NCBI GenBank assembly: GCA_964016885.1
Contig: OZ024742.1
Span: forward strand, 185,256,001 to 185,320,000
DNA length: 64,000 nt
Direction: 5' to 3'
From: Eledone cirrhosa
Taxonomy: Eukaryota
The position numbers and the translations under genes were made by a program. Within the stretch, counting starts at the first letter, position 1, and each line of letters opens with the position of its first letter. Below the pieces are notes generated by a model. It did no database searches and was not told where the DNA came from. It saw nothing but the letters and a program-made list of their open reading frames with translations. Positions 57,601-64,000 of the stretch are shown piece after piece.

Positions 57601-59590
57601 TAAGTTAAGTTGGGGTTAACTTAAATTGGGGTTAAGTTAAGTTGGCGTTCAGTTAAGTTGCGGTTAAGTTAAGTTGGGGTTAACTTAAGTCGGGTTTAAG
57701 TTAAGTTGGGGTTAAGTTAAGTTGGGGTCAAGTTAAGTTGGGGTTAAGTTAAGTTGGAGTTAAGTTAAGTTGGGGTTAAGTTAAGTCGGGGTTAAGTTAA
57801 GTTGGGGTTAAGTTAAGTTGGGGTTAAGTTAAGTTGGGGTCAAGTTAAGTTGGGGTTAAGTTAAGTTGGGGTTAATTTAAGTTGGGGTTAAGTTAAGTCG
57901 CGGTTAAGTTAAGTAGGGGTTAAGTTAAGATGGGGTTAAGTTAAGTTGTGGTTAAGTTAAGTTGGGGTTAAGATAAGTTGGGGTTAAGTTAAGTTGCGGT
58001 TGAGTTAAGTTGGGGTTGAGTTAATTGGGGTTAAGTTAAGTTGGGGTTAACTTAAGTTGGGTTTAAGTTAAGTTGGGGTTAAGTTAAGTTGGGGTTAAAT
58101 TAAGTTGCGGTTATGATAAGTTGGGGTTAAGTTAAGTCGGGGTTAAGTTATGTCGGGGTTAAGTTAAGTTGGGGTTAAGTTAACTTGGTGTTAAGTTAAG
58201 TTGGGGTTCAGTTAAGTTGGGGTTGAATTAAGTTGGGGGTCAAGTTAAGTTGGGGTTAAGCTAAGTTGGGGTTAAGTTAAGTTGGGGTTAATTTAAGTTT
58301 TGGTTAAGTTAAGTTGGGGCTGAGTTAAGTTGGGGTCAAGTTAAGTTGGGGTTGAGTTAAGAAGGGGTTAAGTTAACTTGGGGTTAAGTTAACTTGGGGT
58401 TAAGTTAAGTTGGGGTTAAGTTAAGTTGGGGTTAAGTTAAGTTGGGGTTAAGTTAAGTTGGGGTTAAGATAAGTTGGGGTTAAGTTAAGTTGGGGTTGAG
58501 TTAAGTTGGGGTTGAGTTAATTTGGGGTTAAGTTAAGTTGGGGTTAACTTAAGTTGGGGTTCAGTTAAGTTGGCGTTCAGTTAAGTTGCGGTGAAGTTAA
58601 GTTGGGGTTAACTTAAGTCGGGGTTAAGTTAAGTTGGGGTTAAGTTAAGTTGGGGTCAAGTTAAGTTGGGGTTAAGTTAAGTTGGGGTTATGTTAAGTTG
58701 GGGTTAAGTTAAGTTGGGGTTAAGTTAAGTCGGGGTTAAGTTAAGTTGGGGTTAAGTTAAGTTGGGGTTAAGTTAAGTTGGGGTCAAGTTAAGTTGGGGT
58801 TAAGTTAAGTTGGGGTTAAGTTAAGTCGCGGTTAAGTTAAGTTGGGGTTAAGTTAAGATGGGGTTAAGTTAAGTTGGGGTTGAGTTAATTGGGGTTAAGT
58901 TAAGTTGGGGTTAACTTAAGTTGGGTTTAAGTTAAGTTGGCGTTAAGTTAAGTTGGGGTTAAATTAAGTTGGGGTTAAGATAAGTTGGGGTTAAGTTAAG
59001 TCGGTGTTAAGTTAAGTCGGGGTTAAGTTAAGTTCGGGTTAATTTAACTTGCTGTTAAGTTAAGTTGGGGCTCAGTTAAGTTGGGGTTGAGTTAAGTTGG
59101 GGTCAAGTTAAGTTGGGACTAAGCTAAGTTGGGGTTAAGTTAAGTTGGCGCTAAGTTAAGTGAAGGTTAAGTTAAGTTGGGGTTGAGTTAAGTTGGGGTT
59201 AAGTTAAGTTGGGGTTGAGTTAAGTTGGGGTTGAGTTAAGTTGGGGTTGAGTTAAGTTGGGGTTACGTTAAGTTGGGGTTAAGTTAAGTTGGGGTTAAGT
59301 TAAGTTTAGGTTAACTTAAGTTGGGGTTAAGTTAAGTTGGGGTTAAGTTAAGTTGGGACTAAGTTAAGTTGGGGCTAAGTTAAGTTGGAGCTAAGTTAAG
59401 TTGGGGTTAAATTAAGGTGGGGTTTAGTTAAGTTGGGGTTGAAATAATTTGGGGTTGAGTTAAGTTGGGGTTAAGTTAAGTTGGGGTTAAGTTAAGTTAG
59501 GGTTAACTTAAGTTGGGGTTAAGTTAAGTTGGGGTTGAGTTAAGTTGGGGTTTAATTAAGTTGGGGTTGAGTTAAGTTGGGGTTGAGTTA
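50388..59590 (+). repeat. About 4.6-kb near-identical tandem duplication (junction near 54985)
   Basis: AAGCTT is at 51280/55872, TTAGGGATAAGC at 52047/56639 and GTCAAATTGGG at 52217/56809 (all offset 4592). AAGGGG is at 53754/58362 and TCGGTG at 54393/59001 (both offset 4608). Confidence 0.88.
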
Positions 59591-62500
59591 AGTTGGGCTT
59601 GAGTTAAGTTGGGGTTGAGTTAAGTTGGGCTTATCTTAAGTTGGGGTTAATTTAAGATGGGGTTAATTTAAGTTGGGGTTAAGTTAATTTGGGGTTATGT
59701 TAAGTTGGGGCTAAGTTAAGTTGGGGCTAAGTTAAGTTGGGGTTAAGTTAAGTTGGGGTTAATTTAAGTTGGGGTCAACTTAAGTTGGGGCTAAGTTAAG
59801 TTGGGGTTAAGTTAAGTTGCGGCTAAGTTAAGTTGGGGTTAAGTTAAGTTGGGGTTAAATTAAGTTGGGGTCAACGTAAGTTGGGGTTAAGTTAAGTTGG
59901 GGTTAAGTTAATTTGGGGGTAAGTTAAGTTGGGGTTAAGTTAAGTTGGGGTTAAGTTAAGTTGGGGTTAAGTTAAGTTGGGGCTGAGTTAAGTTGGGGCT
60001 GTGTTAAGTTGGGGTTAAGTTAAGTTGGGGTTAAGTTAAGTTGGGGTTAAGTTGGGGTTAAATTAAGTTGGGGTTAATTTAAGTTGGGGTTAAGTTAAGT
60101 TGGGTTTAGGTTAAGTTGGGGTTGAGTTAAGTTGGGGTTAAGTTAAGTTGGGGTTAATTTAAGTTGGGGTTAAGTTAAGTTGGGGCTGAGTTAAGTTGGG
60201 GTTAAGTTAAATTGGGGTTGAGTTAAGTTGGGGTTAAGTTAAGTTGGGGTTAAGTTAAGTCGGGGTTAAGTTAAGTTGGGGTTAAGTTAAGTTGGGGTTA
60301 AGTTAAGTTGGGGTTAAGTTAAGTTGGGGTTAAGTTAAGTTGGGGTTAAGTTAAGTTGGGGTTAAGATAAGTTGGGGTTAAGTTAAGTTGGGGTTGAGTT
60401 AAGTTGGGGTTGAGTTAATTTGGGGTTAAGTTAAGTTGGGGTTAACTTAAGTTGGGGTTCAGTTAAGTTGGCGTTCAGTTAAGTTGCGGTGAAGTTAAGT
60501 TGGGGTTAACTTAAGTCGGGGTTAAGTTAAGTTGGGGTTAAGTTAAGTTGGGGTCAAGTTAAGTTGGGGTTAAGTTAAGTTGGGGTTATGTTAAGTTGGG
60601 GTTAAGTTAAGTTGGGGTTAAGTTAAGTCGGGGTTAAGTTAAGTTGGGGTTAAGTTAAGTTGGGGTTAAGTTAAGTTGGGGTCAAGTTAAGTTGGGGTTA
60701 AGTTAAGTTGGGGTTAAGTTAAGTCGCGGTTAAGTTAAGTTGGGGTTAAGTTAAGATGGGGTTAAGTTAAGTTGGGGTTAAGTTAAGTTGGGGTTAAGAT
60801 AAGTTGGGGTTAAGTTAATTTGGGGTTGAGTTAAGTTGGGGTTGAGTTAATTGGGGTTAAGTTAAGTTGGGGTTGAGTTAAGTTGGGGTTGAGTTAAGTT
60901 GGGGTTGAGTTAAGTTGGGGTTACGTTAAGTTGGGGTTAAGTTAAGTTGGGGTTAAGTTAAGTTTAGGTTAACTTAAGTTGGGGTTAAGTTAAGTTGGGG
61001 TTAAGTTAAGTTGGGGCTAAGTTAAGTTGGGGCTAAGTTAAGTTGGGGCTAAGTTAAGTTGGGGTTAAGTTAAGGTGGGGTTTAGTTAAGTTGGGGTTGA
61101 GTTAAGTTGGGGTTGAGTTAAGTTGGGGTTGAGTTAAGTTGGGGTTGAGTTAAGTTGGGCTTGAGTTAAGTTGGGGTTGAGTTAAGTTGGGCTTATCTTA
61201 AGTTGGGGTTAATTTAAGATGGGGTTAAGTTAAGTTGGGGTTAAGTTAATTTGGGGTTAAGTTAAGTTGGGGTTAAGTTAAGTTGGGGTTATGTTAAGTT
61301 GGGGTTAAGTTAAGTTGGGGTTAAGTTAACTTGCTGTTAAGTTAAGTTGGGGCTCAGTTAAGTTGGGGTTGAGTTAAGTTGGGGTCAAGTTAAGTTGGGA
61401 CTAAGCTAAGTTGGGGTTAAGTTAAGTTGGGGTTAAGTTAAGTTGGCGCTAAGTTAAGTGAAGGTTAAGTTAAGTTGGGGTTGAGTTAAGTTGGGGTTAA
61501 GTTAAGTTGGGGTTGAGTTAAGTTGGGGTTGAGTTAAGTTGGGGTTGAGTTAAGTTGGGGTTACGTTAAGTTGGGGTTAAGTTTAGTTGGGGTTAAGTTA
61601 AGTTTAGGTTAACTTAAGTTGGGGTTAAGTTAAGTTGGGGTTAAGTTAAGTTGGGGCTAAGTTAAGTTGGGGCTAAGTTAAGTTGGGGCTAAGTTAAGTT
61701 GGGGTTAAGTTAAGGTGGGGTTTAGTTAAGTTGGGGTTGAGTTAAGTTGGGGTTGAGTTAAGTTGGGGTTAAGTTAAGTTGGGGTTAAGTTAAGTTAGGG
61801 TTAACTTAAGTTGGGGTTAAGTTAAGTTGGGGTTGAGTTAAGTTGGGGTTTAATTAAGTTGGGGTTGAGTTAAGTTGGGGTTGAGTTAAGTTGGGGTTAA
61901 GTTAATTTGGGGTTAAGTTAAGTTGGGGTTAAGTTAAGTTGGGGTTATGTTAAGTTGGGGTTAAGTTAAGTTGAGGTTAACTTAAGTTGGGGTTAAGTTA
62001 AGTTGGGGTTAAGTTAAGTTGGGGCTAAGTTAAGTTGGGGCTAAGTTAAGTTGGGGTTAAGTTAAGTTGGGGTTAAGTTAAGTTGGGGTCAACTTAAGTT
62101 GGGGCTAAGTTAAGTTGGGGTTAAGTTAAGTTGCGGCTAATTTAAGTTGGGGTTAAGTTAAGTTGGGGTTAAATTAAGTTGGGGTCAACGTAAGTTGGGG
62201 TTAAGTTAAGTTGGGGTTAAGTTAATTTGGGGGTAAGTTAAGTTGGGGTTAAGTTAAGTTGGGGTTAAGTTAAGTTGGGGTTAAGTTAAGTTGGGGCTGA
62301 GTTAAGTTGGGGCTGTGTTAAGTTGGGGTTAAGTTAAGTTGGGGTTAAGTTAAGTTGGGGTTAAGTTGGGGTTAAATTAAGTTGGGTTTAGGTTAAGTTG
62401 GGGTTGAGTTAAGTTGGGGTTAAGTTAAGTTGGGGTTAATTTAAGTTGGGGTTAAGTTAAGTTGGGGCTGAGTTAAGTTGGGGTTAAGTTAAGTTGGGGT

Positions 62501-64000
62501 TGAGTTAAGTTGGGGTTAAGTTAAGTTGGGGTTAAGTTAAGTCGGGGTTAAGTTAAGTTGGGGTTAAGTTAAGTTGGGGTTAAGTTAAGTTGGGGTTAAG
62601 TTAAGTTGGGGTTAAGTTAAGTTGGGGTTAAGATAAGTTGGGGTTAAGTTAAGTTGGGGTTGAGTTAAGTTGGGGTTGAGTTAATTTGGGGTTAAGTTAA
62701 GTTGGGGTTAACTTAAGTTGGGGTTCAGTTAAGTTGGCGTTCAGTTAAGTTGGGGTTAAGTTAAGTTGCGGTTAAGTTAAGTTGGGGTTAAGTTAAGTTG
62801 GGGTTAAGTTAAGTTGGGGTTAAGATAAGTTGGGGTTAAGTTAAGTTGGGGTTGAGTTAAGTTGGGGTTGAGTTAATTGGGGTTAAGTTAAGTTGGGGTT
62901 AACTTAAGTTGGGTTTAAGTTAAGTTGGGGTTAAGTTAAGTTGGGGTTAAATTAAGTTGGGGTTAAGATAAGTTGGGGTTAAGTTAAGTCGGGGTTAAGT
63001 TAAGTCGGGGTTAAGTTAAGTTGGGGTTAAGTTAACTTGGTGTTAAGTTAAGTTGGGGCTCAGTTAAGTTGGGGTTGAGTTAAGTTGGGGTCAAGTTAAG
63101 TTGGGACTAAGCTAAGTTGGGGTTAAGTTAAGTTGGGGTTAAGTTAAGTTGGCGCTAAGTTAAGTGAAGGTTAAGTTAAGTTGGGGTTGAGTTAAGTTGG
63201 GGTTAATTTAAGTTGGGGTTGAGTTAAGTTGGGGTTGAGTTAAGTTGGGGTTGAGTTAAGTTGGGGTTACGTTAAGTTGGGGTTAAGTTAAGTTGGGGTT
63301 AAGTTAAGTTTAGGTTAACTTAAGTTGGGGTTAAGTTAAGTTGGGGTTAAGTTAAGTTGGGGCTAAGTTAAGTTGGGGCTAAGTTAAGTTGGGGCTAAGT
63401 TAAGTTGGGGTTAAGTTAAGGTGGGGTTTAGTTAAGTTGGGGTTGAGTTAAGTTGGGGTTGAGTTAAGTTGGGGTTAAGTTAAGTTGGGGTTAAGTTAAG
63501 TTAGGGTTAACTTAAGTTGGGGTTAAGTTAAGTTGGGGTTGAGTTAAGTTGGGGTTTAATTAAGTTGGGGTTGAGTTAAGTTGGGGTTGAGTTAAGTTGG
63601 GCTTGAGTTAATTTGGGGTTGAGTTAAGTTGGGCTTATCTTAAGTTGGGGTTAATTTAAGATGGGGTTAAGTTAAGTTGGGGTTAAGTTAATTTGGGGTT
63701 AAGTTAAGTTGGGGTTAAGTTAAGTTGGGGTTATGTTAAGTTGGGGTTAAGTTAAGTTGAGGTTAACTTAAGTTGGGGTTAAGTTAAGTTGGGGTTAAGT
63801 TAAGTTGGGGCTAAGTTAAGTTGGGGCTAAGTTAAGTTGGGGTTAAGTTAAGTTGGGGTTAAGTTAAGTTGGGGTCAACGTAAGTTGGGGTTAAGTTAAG
63901 TTGGGGTTAAGTTAATTTGGGGGTAAGTTAAGTTGGGGTTAATTTAAGTTGGGGTTAAGTTAAGTTGGGGTTAAGTTAAGTTGGGGCTGAGTTAAGTTGG

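Larger units (their letters stand above)
1..64000 (+). repeat. 16-bp telomere-like tandem satellite array (TTGGGGTTAAGTTAAG)n, about 4,000 monomers, running off both window ends
   Basis: Seen directly: the monomer repeats head-to-tail from base 1 to 64000 in one orientation. Consensus composition is T6 G6 A4 C0. Deviations are mostly 1-3 substitutions per variant monomer, plus occasional 11-, 15- and 17-bp length variants. Confidence 0.99.
1..64000 (+). other. Array-wide potential G-quadruplex (+ strand) / i-motif (- strand) forming sequence
   Basis: A GGGG tract occurs every 16 bp, separated by 12-nt loops (TTAAGTTAAGTT). This fits only the long-loop G4 pattern, so folding is predicted and not demonstrated. 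Confidence 0.45.

Noticed and set aside
1-64000. Protein-coding ORF or repetitive protein gene
   Set aside because: TAA occurs twice per monomer on each strand and the 16-bp period rotates the frame, so all six frames are stopped within tens of bases.
1-64000. CRISPR array or other repeat-spacer system
   Set aside because: There are no unique spacers, no leader and no cas genes. Monomers abut directly and differ only by point variants.
1-64000. Canonical telomerase-made tract such as (TTGGGG)n, (TTAGG)n or (TTAGGG)n
   Set aside because: None of these motifs was seen in tandem. TTAGGG and TTTAGG appear only as isolated substitutions at fixed HOR positions, and kb-scale copied variant patterns are not expected from fresh telomerase synthesis.
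1-64000. Variants are sequencing noise, or the array is a low-complexity artefact
   Set aside because: The same multi-base variants recur in the same order at exact offsets (2042, 1654, 4592, 5065, 6644, 7502), which random error would not give. Local mis-assembly of copy number is still possible.
1-64000. piggyBac-type insertions at TTAA sites or telomere-specific retrotransposons (TRAS/SART-like)
   Set aside because: TTAA sites are abundant, but no non-satellite sequence, terminal inverted repeat or poly(A) tail interrupts the array.
1-64000. Strand switch or head-to-head fusion point
   Set aside because: No CCCCAA-type reverse-complement monomers were seen on the + strand, and the orientation is uniform.

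Overview
The whole 64 kb window is one uninterrupted, single-orientation tandem array of a 16-bp monomer, consensus TTGGGGTTAAGTTAAG (TTGGGG + 2x TTAAG), about 4,000 copies. I see no genes, RNA genes, transposon insertions, CRISPR spacers, inversions or unique sequence. The consensus has TAA stops on both strands, and because 16 is not a multiple of 3 they fall in all six frames. The + strand is G/T-rich and almost C-free, which is telomere-like. The deviations from consensus are not random noise: they recur as ordered strings of variant monomers. These define nested higher-order repeats: a 2,042-bp/128-monomer unit, a 1,654-bp/104-monomer unit, tandem block duplications with offsets of about 4.5, 4.6, 5.1, 6.6 and 7.5 kb, and a match between the window start and sequence about 58.2 kb downstream. 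The best reading is a eukaryotic telomere-like satellite (centromeric, subtelomeric or interstitial, or possibly a recombination-maintained chromosome end) that evolves by unequal exchange. The organism and chromosomal position cannot be determined from the window. All marker coordinates were counted by eye, and block boundaries are approximate.
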